Assembly (NCBI GenBank): GCA_051453625.1
Contig: JBOZIK010000001.1
Coordinates: 15,903,427-15,967,426, forward strand
Reading direction: 5' to 3'
Source of the DNA: Welwitschia mirabilis
Lineage: Eukaryota
Length of the DNA: 64,000 nt
The position numbers and the translations under genes are program-made. Within the stretch, counting starts at the first letter, position 1. Every line of letters starts with the position of its first letter. The notes beneath the pieces are model-generated. The model worked only from the letters and a program-made list of their open reading frames with translations. It made no database searches and was not told where the DNA came from. Below are positions 1 to 13,289 of this stretch, piece after piece.

Positions 1-1188
1 TATCTAAAGAAAGAATCTGAAAAAGATTTGTGATATATACTAACAATAGACTAAATTTCTGGAGAATTAAAAAATTGAATAAAAATACCTGTAAAGCATC
101 AGTAAAATTTGTCATCTAGTATGTTGTCTGGATGATAATGAGGATGACAGACTCCTCAAAAGATTTTCAAAAACTGGAACCTGTAATAGAAATCAAATAT
201 TTTGTTAATTAAATTAAACAGCTCCTCACTGTGATAAACAGTCAAATATAAAGATAATTATGTAAAAAGCAAGGAATCCTATTTTAGTAATTGGTGTGAA
301 AGGAGAAACTACAATAATGATTTCTCATAATTGAAAAAAGTGTGTTAGAAATACTAAAAATATATGTGTGTAATTCCCTCCGCTTAAAATATGTAATGCA
401 TCCAGAATTACCTAAACTAATGAAAAGGGAAAATACTAAGGAAAAAGAAAAAAAATGCGNNNNNNNNNNNNNNNNNNNNNNNNNNNNNNNNNNNNNNNNN
501 NNNNNNNNNNNNNNNNNNNNNNNNNNNNNNNNNNNNNNNNNNNNNNNNNNNNNNNNNNNAGAAAAAAAATGCGAGAAGGAGTGTGAAATAAGGGACATGA
601 AAACAGACGAAAATCAGAGGGAAAATGGAGTAATGAACAAGGAGAAGATGGGTTACCTACCCTAAGTCCTAATGTAGCAAACTCCAAAGGAAAACAACAT
701 AACATCACCTGAGTAAATATGCATGATAAAATGTATTAACTTCATAAAGTTCATTCGAAAAGGCAGTGAATAGGGAGATATCCAAAGTGTCAAGTGTGTA
801 GAACAATGAAAGTTAAAATCAAAAGTATCTAAGAAATGAACTCACCTGCTTCGACCTAAAAACTTAGTGAAATCTTCAAAAGTAAAATGATCAAGCAAGA
901 ATACTAAAAGTTTCATTTCTTTTGCCATGATGAAGTGAGTGCAACCACTGTTAGAGTAGTAATAACCTATGAAGCATGTCCAAGTAACCCCCTAGTGGAG
1001 TTCCCATAATTACCACTTATAAATGCTCAAGTATAAAACTAATCATGATACTTTATGAAGTAATACACAAGTCAAGTTTAAAAAATGATCAGGTGAAGTC
1101 ATAGTATTTAATCAAAGGAGTAAGCTAAGATATAACTTAGATAGGGAAAAAATGCATTTATGATATTTATAGTTGCATCTAAAAATCC

Positions 1189-2862
1189 TCACATTATTTC
1201 AACCGTTTTCTCTGTGCGTATACCATTTTCTACTCATAAGTTTTATGATTTTATCTTTTGCAATTTGCTTTAGAGTTAGATGGATTTGTAAAAATAGGTT
1301 AGGTTTTATATCTTTCTCTAATCCTAAATCATTGACTAAATATTTTTCTACTCCATCAAACACTCTTATTGAAAATCATTTATTTTCAAAGTGACATTTC
1401 ATCAATCTATTCCTTAAGTCTATACTGCAATGGGCTCTTGCACAGAAAGCTCTACCTAGAAGTAAGAGATATCCACCTTGATTCTCAACTTCTAAAACAA
1501 CTACATTGATGGGGTAGAAAGATTTTTATATTTGAATAACAAAGTTATTTATCATACCTAAAGGTCTTTTTCTGGATGCATCAGCTAACCCTAAGACTAT
1601 TTGTGTATGTTCTATTCATTCTTCCAATTCTAAATGTTTACAAATGTGCAAGGGCATAATGTTGAAACCGGCTCCTATATCTATCAAGGCTTTCTTAATT
1701 CTTTGGTTTCCCTCTAAAATGATACTAAGAGTTGTTGCTCTTGGATCTTTAAATTTTGAACACTTTTTGGAAACTAAGTTGCTAATGGATTGAGCTAGAA
1801 AGACTTTACTAGGAATGTTTCATTTTTATTTTCTTCTTATTAGATCTTTCCATGGCTTAAAGTATTTGGGGTTTTCTTACAAAAGTTTTCAAAAAGGTAA
1901 GTTAATGCTTACATTTTGCATTAAGCCTTTCAAATGATCATTGAAGATAGGATTTGTGTTAAGCCTATTAAGCCATGGGGTAGTAGGCTTCTTTTGGGAC
2001 TAATCTTTCTTTTTGTTGCTAAGTGAAGAAGGAAAGGAATGATTTTTTAGGATTTCTATGTCTTCTTCCTCATCGTTTTTATCATTGTGGGAAGTTGAAG
2101 TCTCATGAGTAGGGGGAGTTGTATTAGTTCCACTCCTTGTCATCACCTTACAATATTTTCATACTTCATTAGGGTTTGTTTAAGGTTGAGTAGAAAGGGT
2201 CCCTTGTGGTCTTTGATTGGTAGACATGGTTTGTTACAAGATGTTTACTAGATTTTCTATGTTTGCATTTATCTTCTATTGAGTTTTTCTCAACTCCTTA
2301 ATAGAATTTCTAAAAGGATCGCTATGGTTTTGGCAGTTGGAATGGCTTGCCAAGTTATTTGGATAGTTGGATTGAAAGTTTTGATGTTCAAATCTATTTC
2401 AGAATGGTTGGGAGATAAGATAATGTGTTTAAAAATTGTTAGGTTGTTCATTTATTCTATTTTGAAAATTATGATTCGGGACTTATCTTTAGTTATAGTT
2501 TTGAATGTAGTTGGAGGGTATTTGGTTCAAATCATGAACTTATTCATAAATTCTCTCTTTGTACATAGAAAGTAAAGGAAAATCTTTTGTGATGTGATAA
2601 CTATTTTCACACAAATCACAAGTTGGAATAATAATTTGACTTTTCTCAGTTGCTACTTTAGCATCAAGGATCATCTCGATGTATTTCTCTAAGGTAGAAG
2701 TAAAATCCTTAATAATGCTTATTGGTTTATTTTCTATTTTGGTTTCAATTTTTTCATGTTTTACTTTTTTGAGGTCTTTGATGATTTAGCCTACTTTTCT
2801 ATTTTCTCTAGAGAAGGGTTTTGTCCAAGTTTGACTTACTTTGACTAAGTCTTCCAAAATCT
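1189..2862 (-). pseudogene. gag C-terminus and aspartic protease relic, copy 1
   Basis: Minus strand reads ...LIDIGAG... and LLLGRAFCARAHCSID...; colinear with 2963-4636 but diverged; contains stops. Confidence 0.8.
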
Positions 2863-2962
2863 NNNNNNNNNNNNNNNNNNNNNNNNNNNNNNNNNNNNNN
2901 NNNNNNNNNNNNNNNNNNNNNNNNNNNNNNNNNNNNNNNNNNNNNNNNNNNNNNNNNNNNNN

Positions 2963-5190
2963 TCATATTATTTTAATCATTTTCTATATGTACACACCAT
3001 TTTTTACCCATTATTTTGATGATTTGTTCTTTTATGATTTGTGTTAGATTTGGATGGCTTTGTAAAGATAGGCTAGGTTTGATATCTTCATCCAAATATA
3101 AAGTATTGATTAAATCTTTTTCTGCTGCATCAAAGACTCGTATTGAAAATTGTTTATTTCCAAAGTGAAATTTCATTAATCCAATTCTAGTGTCTATGAT
3201 GCAATGGACGGTTGCACAGAAAGCTCTACCTAAAAGTAGGGGATATGTATTTTGATTCTTAACTTCTAAAATAACGACATCTATGGGGTAGAAAGCTTCC
3301 TTAATCTGAATGACCAAGTCTTTTATCACTCTTAAGGGTTTCTTACTAGATGAATTAGCTAACTCTAAGACAATGTCTGTAGGTTCTATTCTATCTTCCA
3401 ATTCTAAACATTTACAAATGTACAAGGGTATGATATTAACACTAGCTCCTATATCGATCAAGAGTTTCTTTATTCTACGGTTCCCTTCTAATGCAATACT
3501 AACTGTTGCTGCCCCTAGATCTTTAAATTTTAGACACTTCTTGGAAACTAAGTTGCTAATAGATTGAGCTAGGAAGACTTTACTCAGGATGACTCATTTT
3601 TACTTTCTTCTGATTAGGTATTTCCATAGCTTAAAGTATTTTGGGTTTTCTTGCAAAATTTTCCAGAAAGGTAAATTAATACTTACGTCTTACATTAAGG
3701 CTTTTAAGTGATCATCAAAGATAGGGTTTTCATTAAGCCTATTAAGCCATGAGGTAGCAGGTTTCTTTTGTAAAGAATTTTTCTTTTTATTACTAAGTGA
3801 AGAAGGAAAGGAATGATTTTCTAAGATTTTTATGTCCTCTTCCTCATCGTTCTTATTATTTTAGGAAGTTAAAGCCTCATGAGTAGGGGGAGTTATGTCA
3901 TGTCCACTCCTTGTCACCACCTTATAATATTTTCATACTTTATTAGGTTATGATAAAGGTTGAATGGCAAGGGTCCCTTGTGTTCTTTAGTTGGCAAACA
4001 TGGTTTCTTGTAAGATGTTTACTATATTTTCTATGTTTGCATTTGTCTTTTATTGAGTTTTTCTCAACTCCTCGATAGAATTATTAAGAGGATCACTATG
4101 GTTCTAGGAGTTGGAAAGGTTTGCCAAGTTATTTGAATAGTTAGATTGAAATTTTTGATGATCAAATCTATTTCAAAATAGTTGGGAGTTAGAATAAAGT
4201 ATTTGACAATTGTTAGGTTGTTCATTCATCCTATATTAAAAATTATGATTGGGGATTTATCTTTGGTTATAGTTTCAAATGTAGTTGGAGGGTCCTTGGT
4301 TCAAAGCATAAACCTCTTCACAAATTCTCTCTTTGCATGTAGGAAGTAAAGGACACTCTTTCATTACATGATAACTATCCTTGCACAAATCACAAGTTGG
4401 AACAATAATATGTCTTTTCTCAGTTGCCACTTTAGCATCAAAGATCATCTAGGTGTATTTCTCTAAAGTAGATGTGAAATCCTTAACGATGCTAATTGGT
4501 TTATTTTCTATTTTAGTTTCAGCTTTCTTGTGCTTAACTTCTTTTAAGTCCTTGATGATTTGGCCTACTGTTCTATTTTCTCTAGAGGTGCGTTTTGACC
4601 AAGTTTGACTTACTTTGACTAAGTCTTCCAAAATCTTCCAAGCATCTTCTAAGGTTTGGTTCAATAGGTTGCCTTTATAAAAAAAATCTACAAGTTGCTT
4701 GGTATAACTATTTAATCCACTATAGAAATAGTCTATTAATTATACCTCTGAAAAGACATCTACGGGGTTTGAATGTAAGCAACAAAGAATCGCTTGTAAG
4801 CAGAGGCATAGTTCTCATTGGGTAATTGTTGGAATTTTGTGACTCCTTTCTTAAATTTCCGGATGACAGTTTCATTTATAAATCTCTTGATAAAGGCTTC
4901 TTGAACTTGAATCTAAGATTTCAGGCTCTTATAAGGTATTATTCTAAGCCAAAGTTTTACCTTATCTTGCAATGTGATGGGAAAAATGACCATATATGTT
5001 CTATCAGTTATTTGCTTTTTACTATTTCCGGAAGTAAGGATGAGTTGTTCAATTTTGGCGATATGTTGTAAAGGGTCTTCATCAGGTTCTTCATGAAAGA
5101 TGGGATAAGCATTCAGGTTTTTAAGTTCTACATCATCACAAGGAGGTAAGTCGAAGGGATTTTAGGTTTCAAGTCTTTTATTCACTATGA
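2963..5190 (-). pseudogene. Athila gag-protease relic, copy 2
   Basis: ORF 2973-3461 (IDIGASVNIIP...PLLLGRAFCATVHCIID) is an Athila-type aspartic protease. ORF 4449-4664 is gag-like. A gag N-terminal motif PFDLPPCDDVELK...FHEEPDEDPLQH lies near 5060-5160. Confidence 0.85.
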
Positions 5191-5712
5191 AATCTCTCAG
5201 AGTAGCATGAGAAGTAGAAGTAATGATTTCAATGATAAGGGGTGAATTCAAAGAGATAGGTTGTTTTTGGTAAGAGGTCAACATGATATTAGATTTTGTA
5301 GAATTAACATTAGAAATTTCAGAAAATTGTAAATCTTGTGTACCTAAGCTATTTTAATTTTCAATTTCAAAATTTAATAAACCTTATCTGATATTTTCTG
5401 CAATAAACTATTCTTCTCTCAGGTATTTTTTGCATTTTTCAATTTTAACCATTTAGTGTTAGATCTGAAACATCGTCTTATACATCTTCTAGATGATAAC
5501 TTGAATGATAAAAACACAGATAACTAGAGAAAAAGGAAAAGAAAAAAGGATCAGTCATCCGACTGTGATGTCTAGATGACTAAGGGGATGTTAGAGGTTA
5601 GTAAAAATAAAAACAAAAACAAAAAACTTACAAAGTACTGGTACACTGCTGCTGTAGCAAATATCTAGAATATCCACTAAAGCAATGATAACTCTCAATC
5701 TCCAAGCAGTCT

Positions 5713-5730
5713 TCCTTGGCAATGGTGCCA
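5713..5730 (-). promoter_or_regulatory. Primer binding site (tRNA-Asp type, Athila)
   Basis: Minus strand TGGCACCATTGCCAAGGA versus the Athila consensus TGGCGCCGTTGCCGGGGA; differences are G>A transitions; 3 nt from the LTR end. Confidence 0.85.
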
Positions 5731-5733
5731 ATT

Positions 5734-6833
5734 TGTTGTGGTTCATATTTATACAATGTTTTGTGCCTTGATCTAAATCCTATTAATTACAAATAAGATG
5801 CAAAAATACAACATGCTAGTATAATCAGGAGTGATCCGAATGTTGTAATTTCATCGAAGGCTAATAGTATAGGAATTTAAGAGTTTATTTCAAGATAGAA
5901 ATATGTAACTCTAATATACTAAAATAATTTGCAATGCATGAAATTAAAATATACTTATGCAAAACTAATTTAAGAAAAGAGATAACAATGCACCTAAACT
6001 AATCAAGCTCAACCTTGATAAAGGATGCCCTCATAATCTATATAATAGAAAAAACCTATCATGAATCTTAAACAACATAAACTATGAGGGATAAGTTCCT
6101 GCATATATTGAACAAAAAAAGGATAATTCATATTAAAATGATAAAAGGTATTTGTATCACAAAGTAGTCATTCCTCAATGGAGGAAACACTGCCCAACAC
6201 CAAGGTAACGTCTCTCTGAATTACAAGATGGTTCTCAGGTCCCAAGATCTCCTATCACAAGTATGTCAAGTACTATCAAAGATGATTAAGGACCAAGGAG
6301 GAGACCTTTATTTATAGATATAAAAGGAAGTGAAACTGACAGAGAAGCAAAGAAAAGAGTCTAGCTAGCATGGAAAGGAGAATTGCAAAGAAGTGGTGAT
6401 AACTCAGGAAAAAAATTGGTAAAAGTATGAGAGAATAGTATCATCCTTCTAGTTGTCCGAATGGTGTAGAAGATGACAAAGACTGATAATTAGATATTTG
6501 TTTAGCTCCCAGTTTAACTGCTTATAAACTGCATGTGAACTTGTTATTGCCTTGTTAGAGATGTCATCCACTGTTGACGTCCAGACAATGAGGTAGATGA
6601 TAGTCTTTTATTAATCTTTAGTTAATTTGATTATGTGTTGTTTGTGGGAATAATTATTTAAAATATAATTTATCCATATCTGTACAAAATACTCATAATT
6701 TATCTGGAATTTCATGTTTTCATTCTCTTCATCTCAGTTCTCGATTATCATAAGAACTAAGCATTTATCTGTTAATCACCTGCAAAATAACTCATAATAT
6801 CCTATCAAATACACATAAGTTGGTTGCATAATA
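5734..6833 (-). repeat. 5' LTR of the left Athila-like element
   Basis: Begins TGTTGTGG next to the PBS and is homologous at both ends to LTRs 10083-11235 and 22999-24151. Its right end is approximate because the terminal CA appears mutated. Confidence 0.75.
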
Positions 6834-7543
6834 GTAATCCTTAACTACATATTCCATTACCTTAGGCCACACTGGGAACTATAGTGGATAATAGTTCTCA
6901 CACCATACTTGGATGTGCATGAACCATTGCAAAAGACAATGCTAAAAAGAGATGATGGTTGCAAATACTTNNNNNNNNNNNNNNNNNNNNNNNNNNNNNN
7001 NNNNNNNNNNNNNNNNNNNNNNNNNNNNNNNNNNNNNNNNNNNNNNNNNNNNNNNNNNNNNNNNNNNNNNCTCACACCATACTTGGATGTGCATGAACCA
7101 TTGCAAAAGACAATGCTAAAAAGAGATGATGGTTGCAAATACTTGTGTGTCGTTTATTTGATAGTTTAGTTGTTATAAGTTTCTAGTTTCTTTTAGTTGT
7201 ATTTGAAGCAAGACATGCCTTATCAGTTTGTTAAATTTGACTAGAATAAATAATTTACCATTTTCTTAAAATAAGATTATAAGTAATATTGTTATTATCA
7301 TTTATTTGGAATCTCATGCATAAGGAATTAATCTTTACTCTTAAAGTTGTCTTTTGTGAAGATAATATGATTGTTTATTTATTTTTAGATTTATTAAATC
7401 ACAATCATTAACTCATAGTTATAATAATAGATAAAAGCATACATGAAAGTTTATAAGTATTATAAGTTGAATTAAATTTTATTATTAGTAAGGTTTTGCT
7501 AGCATACGTTATCTACCAAATTATGTAGTATTAATATTAAAGT

Positions 7544-7607
7544 GGAGTTGTAGCACAATGGCTAAGATAACTAAGAGTTAAACAATAGGTTAAGAGTTTA
7601 AGTTCTT
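7544..7607 (+). other. Decayed tRNA-like sequence (SINE head or tRNA-like motif within an LTR fragment)
   Basis: A-box-like TAGCACAATGG at 7551-7561 and decayed B-box GAGTTTAAGT near 7594-7603 at tRNA-like spacing. An LTR-end-like GAGGACATTACA follows at 7767-7778. Confidence 0.35.
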
Positions 7608-10082
7608 AGATAATATAATGGGTATTATAGTCTTGAAAGCATTATGCTATAGTTTTAAACTTGATTAAAGATAAAATGGTAGATATTACTTCATACTAAT
7701 AAGGCTATGTCATGTTGATAACAATTGATTAATAGAATTTTTGTTTCATTCTTAAATGTAAAAAATGAGGACATTACATTTAAGTACTTGGATGTTTTAA
7801 GCAATTTGTATTAATTTTGTAAATGGAGATTTATACTCAAATTTACTTTTAAGAATTTGTATATCCTCGTATAATTATCTTATCTCTCTTTAAAGATTTC
7901 GAAAGTTCAATTATATTTAATGTAAGAGTTATGATTACAAATTATGGTATTTTTGTGCTTTAAAATTAGCCATAAATTACTATTATTAATTATAGTAGAT
8001 AAATTCCTTAGTATCTAATTAGAAAGTTTTAAAAGTAGAAATTTATTTATTCATCATTTTCTCAAATAATTAAGACATAAGATAGGAGGATATTTAGCAT
8101 AAAATTTTATACATTGCACTACTATTAGCTTGAGATACATTTATTTAATGCATTATATATATGTAGTTTGTATTAAAGCTATATTTGTTAAGAAACACTT
8201 ATGTCTTAATTTATAAAGATGTATTATTATTATTACGAGTTTTCTATGCCTATTCTGTAAAAATTGTAACTTCGCTATTGACTTATTCATATTTTTTATA
8301 TTAACATATAAAATGCATTTAATGATTAATGATTATGATTGTAATTGTTCTTCATCATGTTACTAGCCTTACATTTTTGCTCTTTTTATTTTATTCTCTT
8401 TTTATTTTATAATTTCTTTCTTTTTCTTATTCTTACAAGCTTTACTTTAATTCTAACAGAGAATTATTTTGATGTATTTTAAGAGAAAAATCCTTTTTTC
8501 AATATATTCAACCATTTGCCAGTTGTTTAAGTTTTTTGTTTTAGTCTTTTTAGATTCTAAAGTTATTAGTTTGATTAAAAATAGCTAAAAACTTTACTTT
8601 CTCATAATATTATTATACTATTAACTTAATACATATCCTTTAGGGTAAAACTTAGATGTTTCTAATCAGAAGCACACTCTTCATTTTTATTATTTTTAGA
8701 TCTTCTACATTGCTATTATCATTTGGTGCACTGACAATGCAAAATAGGTTATCATATTCTAGCTAATTCTAATTTAGAATGCTAGCTACATATTATTTAC
8801 TTTTCATAGAAATGGTTTAATGAGATACTCATAAATGGACTTTGCTCAGATCAATAATTTTAATCATATAACTCTTTAATTATAGACTCATACCCTTATA
8901 AATGTTGTTACTTCCAAATAAAATTATTTGATAAATCTAATCTAATCATATGTTAGCATAAATATTATTATTTGGTAACTTCATATTTTTATATTACAAC
9001 ATGATTTACTTTTTTTCTTTAGTTGAAATCTAGTCATATTAGGCATATGTAAATATTTTAGGTTATGTTTAAGATATTTAGAAGAGGACATTACATTTTG
9101 AAATTAAAGTAGTACTCAATTTTTTTGGCTATAAAATTTTGAGATTTATGTTATGGTACAAGAGCAATAATTAAAGTTTTTGAATAAAGTTATGGATCTT
9201 ACAAGATTAAATAGATGTATTGGTGAAATTTGTATATTTTACGGAACATTCAGTATAAATGTTTATATATTTTAAAGGTTTTTACTATATTACTAGATTT
9301 CTATAAAGTGAAAATAAATCTTGTCTAAACTAATGAATCATGTCAAAATATTTTTATAGTTTTTGGAAGACATATACCACACTCTTAGATGTCTATAAGA
9401 TGAAAGACATCTTAGTTAAATTAATAAAGCATAATGTAATATGTCTATCAAGATTAAAGATTTCTTGATAGATCATAAGAGAATTGACATAAATTATCTA
9501 TAGATTAAGTATGTCTGTAACTTATTAATATATTCATAGAGATAAAGATATCTATAATTTATGAATATGTCTATTTGAATTTAAAAGGTAAAAAATAAAA
9601 TATCTATTATAGAGTATGAATTTTGTCCTTTTTTTTTTTGCATGCCATCCTTCTAGTAACCTATTTTGAAAACTTCCACATAAGGGATCAAAAAGAATAA
9701 AACTCTAGAAAAGAAGAAATCTAGTGGATTATTTTGATAAATAAAATCTCTTCTTTCATCTAAAGAAGGTTTTTTATTCTTTAAGAAAAAGAAGCTCTAT
9801 TCCATAACATCAAGAAGAAGAAGGAATCAAAGTCACCATTAAATGGATTATTATTATACAACTTCAAACATCAAGTAAGAAAACATCATTACTCATTTAA
9901 TTTTATTCTTATCTTTATTCCATTATATTGATATACATAAAGAATGACATAAGATTTATAAATTACTATACTTTCATATTCATTTTCTTTACTTCACTCG
10001 TTCCTTAAGTGGCTTATATGTTTTAGGTTCTAAAAGGATTCTAAATTGTATAAGTACTATGTAAGGCATTATGGCGAGTTAT

Positions 10083-11235
10083 TGTTGTGGTGAGAATTTA
10101 TACAATCCTAAAGTTTTTAGGTAAACTTATAAATCAAATAACTTGCAGAAAAACACACACTAGTATAGATGGGATTTCACCTAAATGTCGTAATCCCAAT
10201 GAAGGCACTAGGCTTAGAGTTAGAGAATTGATTTTCAAAGGTATTTTTAGTCTTTTAAATTTAAATAACTAAAAGTAAATAATAAAGTAAATGTAATGCA
10301 ATGAAAATGGATATGAAATGCAAATGGAAATTATATGATTTCTATTGGTTCATAATTCTTCTATCATAAGAACTAGCTTCTCTATAATTTAGATCAGTTA
10401 AGAAGAGTATTTAACTAATTCTTAACTAATATGAACCATGAGATCTACCAAGTAGAATATAGAACGCAATGTGAAATGGAATGGAATAGCAATGCAAATC
10501 TAATACTAACTGAGGTCAACCTTAATAAAGGTTGTCTTTATGATCTAGATAAGTCATAAAATTATCACTTTAAACTATGATCAATGTAAGATATAAGGGA
10601 CATATAGAGAATTAAAATGAAAATAGCAATTTTATTGATTCAAAGAGATATTTAATTAATTTAAGAACTTTACATCTACTTATAATAAATAATATCACCT
10701 CAATAAAAGAGACTCAACCTAACACTAAAGGAACACCTTTCTGTAGCTACTGGCTAGATTTCTTGTCCTTAAATATTTCATCACAAGTATATCAAGTATA
10801 ATAGATGGAAACAGAAATAAAGAAGGGGAGGGGTATTTATAGTTTTATAATGAGGTTATAAAAAATTAACCCTAGAAGGTGGAAAAGAAGCACTAATAAC
10901 TAAAATGGATTACTTGATCCCATTATAAAGATAATTGTTTCTGACCATAGAAAAATAGTTGTCATCCTAACTGTCGTGGGGATGACATAGGGGATGATAA
11001 GATTTCTCATCTTCAATATCAAAGATAAGTTAATCTCTTACAAGATGAAGTCTACTTTCAAATATGCAATATTAGAATAAGCTTAACAATCTGCCAAATA
11101 TATCAAGGATCACATGTTTCATTGATCATCTTGTCAGAACTCCATAATCATTAGTATTACATTCAAACCTGTGTAAATGTCCTACAAAAGAACATAAAAT
11201 ATACCATCAAATTCTTACAAATTAGTCTTGTAACA
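10083..11235 (-). repeat. Athila 3' LTR (LTR-A)
   Basis: TGTTGT...TAACA termini; colinear with 22999-24151. Confidence 0.88.
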
Positions 11236-13289
11236 TAGGCCCTTACTTAGCCTTGTTAATCCCTAATAAAGTAAGTAATCAACTAAATTACAAGTCAATT
11301 TGACTAAGATAAAACAATACTGAAAAGATGTAAATTAATTTCCATTAAATCATGTAAGAAACAATATTACAAATAGATAACTGACATAAATACTTAAAAA
11401 TTTCTCTAAGCCTCCTTCTTAAGCATGTTACTATAGAATAAATGAATGCTATACACATATATAAATAATAAAAATGTAACTTGATAGCTCATGGAATGAA
11501 AATGTATATTCATATTATAGAAACACTAATAATGGACTAATGTAACAGACTTAAGTAGTGCTATCCTTTAAAGAGTGATGTATTTAAGTTCAATAGTATC
11601 ATCAAAAGGGCAAAGGACAAGAGTAGATATAGCATTTTTAGATGATCTAAAACATGGCTATAGGAAAAATTTGTGAGTGTGCTGCTCGATCCTGCAAGAT
11701 AAACTTCATCAATTATCCATAAATTTATTATCTAAATAATCCATCATAAATTTAGATTGTGAAAGCTCAGAATATAAAAAATTTATGCTCAAAATTATAA
11801 AATGCCTAGAAAGGTATCCTACCCCTTCCCACAAGAGGAGCAAGATGTCTCAAATTGCACCAAAAATAAAGGAGTATCATCCCCTCTGTCGTTAAGACAA
11901 TAGGCATGGAATGAAATCATCAAATAAGTTATTTAGAGGAAAAAGTAAAACCAGAAAAATCTAGAAAATAAGAAAACATAAAAAATAGCAGAAAAAATAG
12001 GAAATAGGAAGAAAGTTAAGAAACAGCCTAAAGAACATCCTCATAATGTAGAAGAAAAAGGTGAAAGTAGAAGAAAATACACTAAGTGGAAAGAAGCAAT
12101 GCTCAAAGACTCCTCAAATGTGACCAAACTCATGGAAAAGAAGAACTAGAACTTATCAAATCATGAAAATATATCAAAAAGAAAACAACTATTCTTTAGA
12201 TGAATTATGAAAAAATATCAACAAGGAACTAGAAAATGATTAGATTCATAATATAATGCTAAGAAAGTATGAAAAATAACTTTGAAAAAAATTTAATAAA
12301 ATAAGTAAAGAAAAACAAAAATGAAAATGAACAACTAGAAACATGAAGAAGATTACTTTCTTATCCTAAATGCTAACCTAATAAATTTTCTTAGCAACAA
12401 TCATAAAATCACTTTATGAAAGATGCATGATAGTATGTAGAAATTATAAAGTACCACTTAATTAGGCAATGATTATGATGATGTAAAGTATGTTTAATGT
12501 TATAAAATAATGAATGATAGGATAAAAAACTATTTAAAATAGAAACTTATAAGCTACCATATTAAAATAACACTAAAATCTAAAAAGTAGAGTGATCATG
12601 TGGAAGTACTAGAAATAAATAAATAAAAATGAATCTAAAAAATAAGTAATGCCTCTAATAATACAAAGGACATCACTGATCTCGTAGTCTCAAAATGTAA
12701 TTTATTTTTCCATGATAAGGCAAGTGAAACTAATATCAGAGTAGTAAAGACTTATATAACATGATCAAATGACCCTCCAGTGTAGTTTCTATGGCTACCA
12801 TATTACATTGTTGAAGGCCACTCTTAGAAATATTTGTCATGATGCACTTACGGTAGGACGTCATGATGACCATGTTTTTGAGATTTAATATGAAAGAATA
12901 TGGTCTTTATTTCTTTTCTTTTTCTATTTTTCTATTTTTCTATTTTTAATTTTTATTTTTATTTTTTGAGTATCATTTCACATGACTAAGCACTTACAAG
13001 GATAAAAGTGAAGGAATAAGATGAGTAACAAAGTAAGAATATGCAAAAACAACTAATTACTCACATCATTAAAATAGAAGGAAAGAAATAAGGCTCTTCC
13101 TTTTAAAATGAAGTTCACAAACATAAAAATGTCTAAAGATTAGATAAAGCCAATATTATCATTGAAAATAACTAAATAAAATATTACTAATCATGGAAAC
13201 TTCATAAATAAATACATAGATCAGGTTAAAAATATTCAAGTAATAACATGATGTTTACCTAAGGTATGAGTTAAGAAATAATTAAGATA

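Larger units (their letters stand above)
1..6833 (-). mobile_element. Ty3/gypsy Athila-like non-autonomous element (LTR, PBS, gag, protease; no RT/RH/INT); 3' end runs off the window
   Basis: LTR at 5734-6833, Asp-type PBS at 5713-5730, and gag/protease relics on the minus strand. The segment 921-1010 resembles 12706-12795, the post-integrase region of the complete Athila further right. Confidence 0.75.

Noticed and set aside
6897-7144. 74-bp exact repeat on both sides of a 100-N gap, and ORFs spanning it
   Set aside because: Typical unmerged contig overlap. Similar flanking duplicates occur at 446-573, 14442-14636 and 43344-43825.
8300-9060. Possible Ty3 RNase H relic on the minus strand
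   Set aside because: Too decayed to call by eye.
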